Assembly: GCA_964633175.1 (NCBI GenBank)
Contig: CAZWFP010000001.1
Location: 942 to 64,941, forward strand
Length of the DNA stretch: 64,000 nt
Source: an uncultured Planctomycetaceae bacterium
GTDB lineage: Bacteria > Planctomycetota > MHYJ01 > CAZWFP01
Reading direction: 5' to 3'
In this document: positions 55,835 to 64,000 of the stretch, one piece after another
Numbering within the stretch: the stretch's first letter is position 1
Layout: each line of letters starts with the position of its first letter
Notes under the pieces: generated by a model
The model's database searches: none
What the model saw: the letters and a program-made list of their open reading frames with translations, nothing else
What the model was told of the DNA's origin: nothing
Translations under genes and position numbers: made by a program

Positions 55835-56992
55835 TTGATAAAAAAAACGATTTTTATCTATATGGATAATGCTGTGCAATCGCATAGTCAAGCAATTTCC
55901 TTGGAAGATAAATTCAACACGTATTGTGAAAATATAGTGTTTGCCATTTTGGCATTAGGTATGATAGGTTTTCTGTATATTTTTAACATAACGGCTTTAG
56001 ATAATGGGTATAGTATAGTTTTAAAACAGGTGCTTTATTTTTTTTATGCTTTCCTTATATTTTTCTTCCTCCTTGATATCCCCCAAAGATTTGTTCAGTT
56101 ATTGATACGAAATATACATATTATATTTATATGTAATATACTGGTGCTTATCATTGCCCATATCACACCACTGGGGGCTAAGATTAATAACGCTACAAGG
56201 TGGGTAAAATTTGGGCCTGTTTATTTACAACCATCCGAATTTTTGAAATATACCACCGTTTTATTTATATGGTGGATATATAAATCTACGAATTTTCAAC
56301 TGATGTATAAGACGATTTTATCAATATCTTCTATATTTTTATCTGCATTTTTAGTTGGGATTTCACCTGATATTGGCACGATGGCACAGATTTTCTTAAT
56401 CTCGTTCATTATTTTTTTCTATACTTTTCCCGCAAAAAAATCCATAGTTGTTCCGCTAATTTTAGTAGCTATATTAGGCACATTTGGATTTGTTTCTTAT
56501 AAATTTTCTCATATAAAAAAACGCATTGAGGCGTTTAAAAATCCAGAGGTAGATTTGCAGAATAAAAACTATCAGGCACATCAGTTAAAGATTTCAGTGT
56601 ATGGAACTTCTTTGCTTGGGGACGGGTTTGGTAATAGCGTGCAAAAGTTAAAATATTTACCTAACGCTTTTAATGATTTTATTCTTGGTATAATAATGGA
56701 AGAATTAGGGTTGTTAGGGTTAATATCTTTACTTGTTATCTTTTTTTATTTATTTTCGAACATTATTTTCTGTATAAACTTATCTTCTAATGGATTGGGT
56801 AGGATGTTGTTGTTATCATTCTTTTTATATAATTTATTTAATCTTTTGGTAAATGTGCTTGTTTGTATAGGGGTTTTTCCTGTAAAAGGAATAGCGTTAC
56901 CATTTATAAGTTTGGGTGGTTCTTATGTAGTGGCAAATTTGGTCTTTTTGGGTTTAGCGATAAAATTAAATAGTATTAAGAAATTAGAATAA
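55835..56992 (+). CDS. SEDS-family peptidoglycan glycosyltransferase (FtsW/RodA)
   Basis: 'ATRWVKFGPVYLQPSEFLKYTTVLF' and 'LPFISLGGSYVVANLVFLGLA' SEDS motifs. Confidence 0.75.
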   Translation: MIKKTIFIYMDNAVQSHSQAISLEDKFNTYCENIVFAILALGMIGFLYIFNITALDNGYSIVLKQVLYFFYAFLIFFFLLDIPQRFVQLLIRNIHIIFICNILVLIIAHITPLGAKINNATRWVKFGPVYLQPSEFLKYTTVLFIWWIYKSTNFQLMYKTILSISSIFLSAFLVGISPDIGTMAQIFLISFIIFFYTFPAKKSIVVPLILVAILGTFGFVSYKFSHIKKRIEAFKNPEVDLQNKNYQAHQLKISVYGTSLLGDGFGNSVQKLKYLPNAFNDFILGIIMEELGLLGLISLLVIFFYLFSNIIFCINLSSNGLGRMLLLSFFLYNLFNLLVNVLVCIGVFPVKGIALPFISLGGSYVVANLVFLGLAIKLNSIKKLE

Positions 56993-58927
56993 AAAGTCAA
57001 AGAGAGAGATGTTAAGAACTCTGGCGGAGGTGGCAAGAGCAGTTTGTAAAAGTATTGTTTCTTTCTGGAATTCTATAACGGTTTCTGCTAAGTTTACGTC
57101 CGATATTTCCGAGCGTTCAGTGGTAAAAGTTTCTTTTAATTGTGTTAGTTTTGTGTTCATAAGTTCTAATCTGCTTGATATATTTGCCATTTGCAGTTGT
57201 CCGATTTGAAAATTTGTTCTTGCTTCTTGTAAATTCTTCATTGCGTGATTTATGAGGTTTTTATTATCTGTTAATAATCCTTCCCTCAATTCCAATAGAG
57301 AACTGAAAAGACCTTTTGGCTTTGAGCCTGCTGGATTTAAGTCAACGCTTGTTACCGTTCCAGTAGAAAATGAACCATTTATCCCTAATTTTTGCGCTAT
57401 TTGATTAGCATTTTGATCTGAAATGGAAAAAGTATTTGTTCCGCTGCTTCCATCTGTAAAAGTGATTGTATTGCCTACAATCGACGCTATAACTTTTGTA
57501 TCTACAAGGGGATTAGGGTCCGTATCAATATTCTGTGGATGTAGATTTATCGCATCTAAAAAATCTTGAACGGTTGTAGCACCTGCGAAGTTTACTTCAA
57601 AAGTTATTCCATCTCGTCTTGTTATTTTTATGTCATTAGAGGGTTCTTCTTTTCCTAATCCTAAGCCACCGAAAAGGTTCTCTAATTTTGTATGGGCAAG
57701 ATCTGTAAAAATTCCTAAATTGAGTAGAGTAGTTCCTGCGCCGTTTTCAGATAGTTTTAGTTCTGCACCCTGTAATGTGGAAACAATGTTTATCTTTCTA
57801 CCATCATCAGATATAAATGCTTTAGTATATGTTCCACTAGAATTTACTTTATTTATAAGATCTCCTATGGTATCATTTGGAGAAATGGATATGTTAGCCA
57901 TAAAGGTAGTATTTGGCGTTTTATTTTGTATAGTAAAGCCGCTGAGGTTTATACCTAAACCGGCGTTTAACAGAGAAAGAGGTGTATCTATAGATATGTT
58001 GGGATTGAGAGGTGTGCCGTTAATTGTTCCTGTAGGTGAAGATCCTACTATGCCAAGATCTTCTGCCGTTTTTGAACCTGTATCGCTTGATATAGATATA
58101 AATCCAGTTGTAGAAGTTATGTCTAAGGCAGTGTTGGTGGGGTTAATTGTAGCGGTTATTATTCCAGGCGCAGCGTTATTTATTCTCGTTAAAACATCTG
58201 ATATTTTTTCTGAATTCTCTAAATTAACGGTATAGTTGTTTGTTCCATCATTTATTATTAATTTCCCCAAATTAACACCTTTGCCCCTGTTGAGTAGTGA
58301 AAGTTTTGTAGTGGGGGATATATTGGGATTTAAATCTGTTTGTCCCTGAAAATCCTTACTAAATCCACCAAAAATCTTTTTTTCATCTGGCAGAGCAATA
58401 TTATTTTCACTGAATATATGGTGAATTGATTTTTCCCCTGAGAACTGATAATTTATTACGTCTGCAACTTTATTATATAAAGTAGATTCTTTACCGCTTA
58501 GAATGTTTTTACCGTTGTTGTTTAGATTGGAGATATCGAGGATTCTATCGATTATCTGTTGGACTTCATCTGCTAAACCCGTTTTATCGCCAGTATTTAA
58601 GGATGGCGCTGCTCCTGTTTGGGCTATATCAATTGCTCTTGTAATAAGATTAAATCCATCATCATATTGTGATTCTATGCCTTTAAAAAATGTGCTTAAA
58701 GGATTTACTTCTTTTAAATCGCTACCTATCTTATTTATAATGCTATTTAAATTAAAGAACTTTGTTATATTTTGTATGTCATCTGATAAACGGTTTATTT
58801 TATTACCAGTAGACAATTGTTCCTGAATTTTGTTCAATCTATTTTGTATGTTATTCAAATTCAACAGAGTTAGCTTGAACTGCGAAGAGGTGCTTGTTCT
58901 TGGAGATATATTAATTATTGCGTTCAT
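56984..58927 (-). CDS. flgL: flagellar hook-associated protein 3
   Basis: N-terminal 'LNKIQEQLSTGNKINRLSDD' flagellin-N-like and C-terminal flagellin-C-like helices. Start placed at 'MNAIINISPR', 2 nt after the flgK stop. Confidence 0.7.
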   Translation of the reverse strand: MNAIINISPRTSTSSQFKLTLLNLNNIQNRLNKIQEQLSTGNKINRLSDDIQNITKFFNLNSIINKIGSDLKEVNPLSTFFKGIESQYDDGFNLITRAIDIAQTGAAPSLNTGDKTGLADEVQQIIDRILDISNLNNNGKNILSGKESTLYNKVADVINYQFSGEKSIHHIFSENNIALPDEKKIFGGFSKDFQGQTDLNPNISPTTKLSLLNRGKGVNLGKLIINDGTNNYTVNLENSEKISDVLTRINNAAPGIITATINPTNTALDITSTTGFISISSDTGSKTAEDLGIVGSSPTGTINGTPLNPNISIDTPLSLLNAGLGINLSGFTIQNKTPNTTFMANISISPNDTIGDLINKVNSSGTYTKAFISDDGRKINIVSTLQGAELKLSENGAGTTLLNLGIFTDLAHTKLENLFGGLGLGKEEPSNDIKITRRDGITFEVNFAGATTVQDFLDAINLHPQNIDTDPNPLVDTKVIASIVGNTITFTDGSSGTNTFSISDQNANQIAQKLGINGSFSTGTVTSVDLNPAGSKPKGLFSSLLELREGLLTDNKNLINHAMKNLQEARTNFQIGQLQMANISSRLELMNTKLTQLKETFTTERSEISDVNLAETVIEFQKETILLQTALATSARVLNISLFDFLF

Positions 58928-58928
58928 A

Positions 58929-60854
58929 TTATATGACCGATAGTAGTGTTTCAAAAACCTTATCTATTGCTTGGATAAATTTTGCGTTGGCTGTGAACGC
59001 TTTTTGATATAATATGAGGTTGGCAGCTTCTTCATCTAAATTTACACCTGAAATTTTTTCTCTTTCCGTTTCTAATTGATGGAGTAAATCATTTTGTAAT
59101 TCAAAATTTGTATTTGCATTATTTATCTCATTTGCTAAATTACCAAAAAAATTCGTTAATTTGGATTCTACGTTTTCTCCACTATCAAATATATTGCTTT
59201 TGTTAATTTGGGAGAGTTTTAGGGCAATACTATTATCCTGCTCTAAAAAGTTTTTAGCATAAGTTATGAGATTTAGATTGTTTTTTATATTTGAATTAAT
59301 GTCAAAATCAGAGAGGGTTGAACCAGTGAAGAATGAATTCATCTGACTTGCACTTAAGAGGTTAGAAGTATCATTATTAAAGTAAAATCTTATTAAAGGA
59401 TTTGTGGATTCTATTTTTAGTTTGTTATCAGAGGTTATAGTTGCGTTGAGTGGGACCGATGATGCTGTAAAGGTTGTATTCATTTTAGTAACGAGAGTAG
59501 TTAGGTTATCGTCTGGGGCAATGTTGTCGAGGTCAACAGATATATTAACTATTTTTTCTGTATTATTGGCTAAGTCAACCGTTACAATATCAAATGAACC
59601 GTTATTAATGGAAAATGGGACGCTTGATAGGATGAGTTTATCACCGATGCCAACATTGATTTCTCTATCAGTATTTATTGTGCCTGTGGCACCAAAGAAA
59701 TCACTTACTTTGGCAATTATATCTCCGCCTGATTTTGTCTTTTTTATAATGTAATAATCGTTAAAACTGTCATCAGGTAGTCCTATCAGATTATTAACTT
59801 GTATCTGGAATTTTGATTTGGAATCGACATTTATTTCCTGTTGTAAAGGATTGGTTTTTGAACTTTCTGGTAATGCAACATTTGAAGTTATTTCGCTAAA
59901 AATTTCTTTGCCTGCCCCCGTAGAGTGTATTTTATTGAATTCGTATATGAGTCCCCTAAATATTACATTCAGATTTGATTTAATGTCATTTATTTTATCT
60001 TTTAATTTTATTATACCACCTATTTCGCCGCTTGTGGGGGTGATTATCCCATTGGTATTTACAGTTTTTATTTGTTTTCTTAATTCTCCCTGAATAATTT
60101 CATCGCTAACCTGTAATTTGTTAACTTCTTTTGCGTTTACTAACATTTCTCCATTTATACTTAAGTTTAGGTTGCCATGTTGGTCTTCAAAAGTAGAAAT
60201 GTTCATAAGTTGTGAAATATCTTTTACTATCTGTTCTCTTTTGTCTCTTAAATCATTTGCTGTCTGGCTTTGTGTTCCCGCTTTTTCTATTTGAACAATT
60301 TCTTGATTAAGTTGTGCTAATTCCTGTAATTTATTATTTACTGAATTAACCTTATCGGGCAATGTGTTTTGAAAATCATTAAATAAATTATCTAAGTTTT
60401 TGACGTAAGTTGATAGTGAATCAAGTAATTTTTGGGCGTTTGATACTACAAGATTTTTGAAACTTAAATCGTTGGTATTGGATGCAAAATCTGCAATGGA
60501 TTGAAAAAAGTTTCTTAAATCCGCTATAAGTCCTTTTCCTTCTATTTCTGGTGAAAGTCCTTCTATACGGGAAAAAGCATTTTTATCTACCGTCGCACTA
60601 CCGAATTGATTGATTTTCTTTTGAATATTGAGGAATAGTGCTGGCTCTACTACTCGTTCAATCTGAGCTATCGAAACACCTGTTGGTAATCTTACATTTC
60701 CTAAATCAATGGCGGGATTTTGAGCGAAAACCACTCTTTGACGCGAAAATCCAGGGGTATTGGCGTTTGCTATGTTATGAGAAGTGATTTGGAGTGCTCG
60801 TAAATATGATTCTAAGCCACTTACGCCTATGCCTAAACTACTGAAGATACTCAC
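58929..60854 (-). CDS. flgK: flagellar hook-associated protein 1
   Basis: 'GLESYLRALQITSHNIANANTPGFSRQRVVF' FlgK N-terminus. C-terminal 'ILYQKAFTANAKFIQAIDKVFETLL'. Confidence 0.8.
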   Translation of the reverse strand: MSIFSSLGIGVSGLESYLRALQITSHNIANANTPGFSRQRVVFAQNPAIDLGNVRLPTGVSIAQIERVVEPALFLNIQKKINQFGSATVDKNAFSRIEGLSPEIEGKGLIADLRNFFQSIADFASNTNDLSFKNLVVSNAQKLLDSLSTYVKNLDNLFNDFQNTLPDKVNSVNNKLQELAQLNQEIVQIEKAGTQSQTANDLRDKREQIVKDISQLMNISTFEDQHGNLNLSINGEMLVNAKEVNKLQVSDEIIQGELRKQIKTVNTNGIITPTSGEIGGIIKLKDKINDIKSNLNVIFRGLIYEFNKIHSTGAGKEIFSEITSNVALPESSKTNPLQQEINVDSKSKFQIQVNNLIGLPDDSFNDYYIIKKTKSGGDIIAKVSDFFGATGTINTDREINVGIGDKLILSSVPFSINNGSFDIVTVDLANNTEKIVNISVDLDNIAPDDNLTTLVTKMNTTFTASSVPLNATITSDNKLKIESTNPLIRFYFNNDTSNLLSASQMNSFFTGSTLSDFDINSNIKNNLNLITYAKNFLEQDNSIALKLSQINKSNIFDSGENVESKLTNFFGNLANEINNANTNFELQNDLLHQLETEREKISGVNLDEEAANLILYQKAFTANAKFIQAIDKVFETLLSVI

Positions 60855-61282
60855 ATTTTTTTATCTATATATAGGACTTTTGGACGTTCCATTTTTGAGG
60901 ATGCTACTTTACCATATACTATCTTGTATAGGTTTATATGTTGCTCTACTAAGTTGCCAATAATGAACACTTTTCTCATAAGTTCACCATATAAGTGTCT
61001 GATTGTTATAATATCTTTCGTATCTTCGTTGTCCTTTATATTTAAAGGAAATGGCAAGGCATTAGATACTTGCTCCATATTATTTTTATCGTTTTCAGTT
61101 GCGTTATTTTGAATAGTTTGGGCGTATTTTTCTAATCTTCTTATTACTTCTGCCTCTTTTTTTAATAGAGTTGGCAACTTTTTATAGTCAAGTTGTTTTA
61201 TGGAATTTTTTACATCTTCCATTGCTCCGGATAATTCCTTTAGCGAGCTTATTATCTCTTTCAATATGCCTTTTTTGTTCAT
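60851..61282 (-). CDS. FlgN-like flagellar chaperone (putative)
   Basis: 143-aa helical protein immediately upstream of flgK. Confidence 0.35.
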   Translation of the reverse strand: MNKKGILKEIISSLKELSGAMEDVKNSIKQLDYKKLPTLLKKEAEVIRRLEKYAQTIQNNATENDKNNMEQVSNALPFPLNIKDNEDTKDIITIRHLYGELMRKVFIIGNLVEQHINLYKIVYGKVASSKMERPKVLYIDKKM

Positions 61283-61497
61283 TTTGTAAACTCCTTCAAT
61301 AACCTATCTTCAAACCCTATGTCAATTTTTTTAAAACCATTTTCTATCAATGTGGAATAGAATATTTCACGGAATGTATTGGAACTGAAGGTATTGTCAA
61401 AATATTTGTTTTTGATTATACCCTTAAAAGAATTTTTCAGTAATGTGCTAAACGTTAATGTTTTTAACTGTGATATTTGGGTGTGGAGAGTATTCAT
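61279..61497 (-). CDS. rod-binding (FlgJ N-domain-like) small protein (putative)
   Basis: 72 aa. 'FREIFYSTLIENGFKK…IGFEDRLLKEF' resembles the Rod-binding domain. Confidence 0.35.
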   Translation of the reverse strand: MNTLHTQISQLKTLTFSTLLKNSFKGIIKNKYFDNTFSSNTFREIFYSTLIENGFKKIDIGFEDRLLKEFTK

Positions 61498-61502
61498 TGT
61501 TG

Positions 61503-62645
61503 TTATTGTATAATTATCTTACCTTTTATAGCGTTAGCAGAATTGAGGTCTTTTAAGATATTTATAATGTCTTTTATGGGTGTTCCTGTTTTTTCAAGTA
61601 TTTCTAAGACGTCCTTTAAAGGTATAACGGCATTTTTCCTGTCCTGCTTCTTAGTGGATTTTATAATATTTGGGATGTCTAATGTAACGTTTCCGGTTCT
61701 GACCCTTACAGGGAGGACATAAACCTCTCCCGTTACCGCATAACTCTGATTTTTTTCATTTATTACTATAATGGCATTTGGGAAAGAGGAATTAGGGAGA
61801 ATTATTTCCAATTCTAAAATTTTTGAGAGGTAATATACTATTTGGCTATCTTCGGTATTGGCAAAGTCCAGTTCAATAGTGCCTGCATCTACGGTTTTTG
61901 CTAATGTTTCAGCGAAATAATTTATTTTTAGTAGACTACCATTGATATTGGAAGTGATTGTATTGGCAAGATTAAAATCAGGGTCTTTTAAAGTCAGATA
62001 CACTTTCTTACTAATTTCTGTTTGAAAGGTTATGTCTATTTGATTTTTATTGTCATTTTTTTGTGGTATAATTTTAGTTATGAAATGTTGGGGTATAGGT
62101 TTTTCTACTTTAGCACCTTTGGGGATAATACCGCTTGTAAGATGAGTTTCGCTTGTAATAATAGAGCCCTGGGCGATAGCGTAGATATTTTCATCTGAAT
62201 CTATAGGCCCAGGGCCATGAAGGGGGGTTGCGACTAAAATTCCTCCTTTTAATGATTTAGCATCTCCGATGGAAGATACTGTTACATCAATCCATGTTCC
62301 ACTTTCCTGAAATGGTCCTATTGTTGCTGTTACCATTACAAGTGCAACGTTTTTTGAATTAATGTTTTCAGGTGAGAATTTTATAGAAGTTGAACGGGAT
62401 AGAACGGTTGCCAGCACCTCTTTTGTCAATGAACGTGTTGAATCGCCCGTTCCTTGTAAACCAAGGACTAATCCAACACCTTTTAATTGGTTCTCATCGG
62501 CATTTTTTATGTTTACAAGGTCTTTTAACCGTATAGGGTTTATTGCTTCTACATTCTGTTGAGTAAGTATGAAAGAGCATAAAGTAAGTAAGATATCGGA
62601 TAATATGAGTAATTTTGTGGTTTTCTTTGTGTTTAAAATGGCCAT
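61503..62645 (-). CDS. flgI: flagellar P-ring protein
   Basis: Signal peptide, then 'IRLKDLVNIKNADENQLKGVGLVLGLQGTGDS' FlgI signature. Confidence 0.85.
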   Translation of the reverse strand: MAILNTKKTTKLLILSDILLTLCSFILTQQNVEAINPIRLKDLVNIKNADENQLKGVGLVLGLQGTGDSTRSLTKEVLATVLSRSTSIKFSPENINSKNVALVMVTATIGPFQESGTWIDVTVSSIGDAKSLKGGILVATPLHGPGPIDSDENIYAIAQGSIITSETHLTSGIIPKGAKVEKPIPQHFITKIIPQKNDNKNQIDITFQTEISKKVYLTLKDPDFNLANTITSNINGSLLKINYFAETLAKTVDAGTIELDFANTEDSQIVYYLSKILELEIILPNSSFPNAIIVINEKNQSYAVTGEVYVLPVRVRTGNVTLDIPNIIKSTKKQDRKNAVIPLKDVLEILEKTGTPIKDIINILKDLNSANAIKGKIIIQ

Positions 62646-63265
62646 ATACTATTAAGTAGTTTTGTAAGCCAGCCTCTTCTTTGATTGTCACCAACAGTGC
62701 CTTTTGAATCAAACCTTATTTCAACAGAAGCAACCTTTTCGGAACGCACACTGTTATTTAATCCTACATCTTCTTGTGATACAATACCTTTTACTAACAA
62801 ACTTTCTTCTTCATCATTTATTTTTATTGCTTTTTTTGCCTCTAATACTAAATTACCATTAGGTAATATTTCTACTACTTCTGCTTGGATTTTTGAAACA
62901 AAACTTGTAGAATGTTGAGTGGATGCGATGTTATCATTTCTTAATCTGTTATCCATATTGATTTTGGGTTTACTTCCTCTTGCGGTAGGTTCGAGTTTTG
63001 TTTCGGATATATTGCCTTGAGAGGCCAATCTAATGAATTCATTTAATGCCCATTCCCATCGTGTTCGTCTGTCTGATTTCGTTGACCCTCGCACATTTGA
63101 TATGGTTTCTTCAGATATTTCTATCGTTATTAAATCATGTTTTTGGAATTGTCTTTTTTTGGTTTGACTATAGACGCTTTGATTGTTTTTCAGAAGTGAG
63201 TCACAAAAGCAGTGCGCGCTAATAAGTATAAATGAAACTATAATGATATATTTGCTGCTTTTCAT
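62633..63265 (-). CDS. flgH: flagellar L-ring lipoprotein
   Basis: Lipoprotein signal 'ISAHC'. 'EVVEILPNGNLVLEAKK…LVKGIVSQEDVGLNNSVRSEKVASVEIRF' FlgH core. Confidence 0.8.
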   Translation of the reverse strand: MKSSKYIIIVSFILISAHCFCDSLLKNNQSVYSQTKKRQFQKHDLITIEISEETISNVRGSTKSDRRTRWEWALNEFIRLASQGNISETKLEPTARGSKPKINMDNRLRNDNIASTQHSTSFVSKIQAEVVEILPNGNLVLEAKKAIKINDEEESLLVKGIVSQEDVGLNNSVRSEKVASVEIRFDSKGTVGDNQRRGWLTKLLNSIWPF

Positions 63266-63269
63266 CGTG

Positions 63270-64000
63270 TTACCTCCAACATCCTATGTTTTTTATTATC
63301 GCTTTATTTTCCCCTATGGGTAATGCGAGGTAATGTTTTTTTGTCAGTGGATCTTCCAATTCTATCTGTTCTTTGTATATTTTTTTTAATTGAAGTTCTT
63401 TGCTAATAGTAAAATTCTTACATTTAAAAGCAGCGGTGATTTTTTTTGTAATTTTGGGATTTCTATTTAAATAATCTTTTTTTATTACTGCGCCTTTTTT
63501 AATCGGTTGGGTGGTGATTATTGGTAATTGAGTGGATTGCCAATCTTTTAAGGTAAAATTATGGTCGTCTATTTCCATATATTTTATCTTGAATAGTTTT
63601 CTGGTGAGCGCAGAATTTTCTGGTATGTTGTGTTTTGCAACAAGCGTCGGAGAAACCATTTTTAATGCAACTTGCAGTTTTTTTTCTTTATTATCGTGTA
63701 ACATCTTTAGCTCGTAAATGTTATTTTCTATTTGTTTTAAAGAGGTTATCGTGAGGCGAGGTATAAATGATACTTGCTTGTTTTGTAGTTTTAGTTGGAT
63801 GACTTTATTTAAACTCTTTTTGCTTTTTAGATATTTATTGATAGATATCAGAAGTTGTATGTTTGAAAATCTGTTATTGTATGTTTTTTGACCATTTTTG
63901 TAGACAATTTTTAAACAGTCTGAAGGAATTTTTATGTTGAATTTCTGTTCAATATCTTTTATGTTATCATATGTTAGAAGTTTTTCTGTGTCTTTTATAA
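63270..64000 (-). CDS. FlgA-like (P-ring assembly) protein, 5'-truncated by the window end
   Basis: The reading frame is open from nt 63998 down through the ATG at 63704 to the stop at 63270, so the gene starts beyond the window. 'QPIKKGAVIKKDYL' is a SAF/FlgA-like segment. Position is upstream of flgH and flgI. Confidence 0.4.
   Translation of the reverse strand, partial: IKDTEKLLTYDNIKDIEQKFNIKIPSDCLKIVYKNGQKTYNNRFSNIQLLISINKYLKSKKSLNKVIQLKLQNKQVSFIPRLTITSLKQIENNIYELKMLHDNKEKKLQVALKMVSPTLVAKHNIPENSALTRKLFKIKYMEIDDHNFTLKDWQSTQLPIITTQPIKKGAVIKKDYLNRNPKITKKITAAFKCKNFTISKELQLKKIYKEQIELEDPLTKKHYLALPIGENKAIIKNIGCWR

Noticed and set aside
1-64000. CRISPR arrays, IS elements, integrases or prophage genes
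   Set aside because: No arrays of regularly spaced 25–40-bp direct repeats, no transposase, integrase or recombinase ORFs, and no terminal inverted repeats flanking a gene were seen.

Overview
This is a 64-kb window of AT-rich (roughly 30% GC) bacterial chromosome, densely coding on both strands. The most notable stretches, with system-level inferences flagged as such:

- **Flagellar genes.** A minus-strand flagellar late-gene cluster at 57–64 kb reads flgA-like (5'-truncated by the window end), flgH, flgI, rod-binding FlgJ-like, flgN-like, flgK, flgL. A separate 853-aa giant flagellin gene lies at 36.3–38.9 kb.
- **Housekeeping and metabolism.** The window encodes SelB (translationally coupled to IspD), FtsY, AroK, a PabB-like enzyme, GlyQ, SerS, QueA, Lpd, PepN, MoxR, Lnt, a GT9 heptosyltransferase and a SEDS protein. 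A class-V FBP aldolase/phosphatase is also present. Two tandem NirJ/AhbC/AhbD-like radical-SAM/SPASM enzymes and a CobA/HemD fusion together suggest a siroheme-dependent alternative haem route (inference).
- **RNA genes.** tRNA-Leu(GAG) on the minus strand at 20.25 kb and a CAT-anticodon tRNA at 46.35 kb.
- **Candidate for an undescribed system.** A strongly expressed-looking minus-strand operon at 24.4–30.5 kb, each gene with a perfect AAGGAGG ribosome-binding site. It encodes a 712-aa N-terminally membrane-anchored protein, a 999-aa secreted K/E-rich coiled-coil protein carrying a (Gly)12 tract, and a 257-aa secreted coiled-coil protein. None resembles a known family; I suggest a periplasmic or envelope structural system.
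- **Other unusual architectures.** A stand-alone MshEN-type (putative c-di-GMP-binding) domain protein is coupled to MoxR. There is an orphan GAF–PilB/GspE ATPase, a CNNM (DUF21-CBS) transporter fused to a PTS-EIIA(Ntr)-like domain, and an orphan PetD-like cytochrome b subunit.
- **Intergenic repeats.** Two dispersed short repeat families occupy the intergenic regions: TTTGAC/TTTGAG heptamer arrays, and a 'TTACGAGTTT…TTTCATTAAACCTTGAA' element. A 61-nt long-stem hairpin sits in a 344-bp gap.

No CRISPR array, IS element or integrase was seen.
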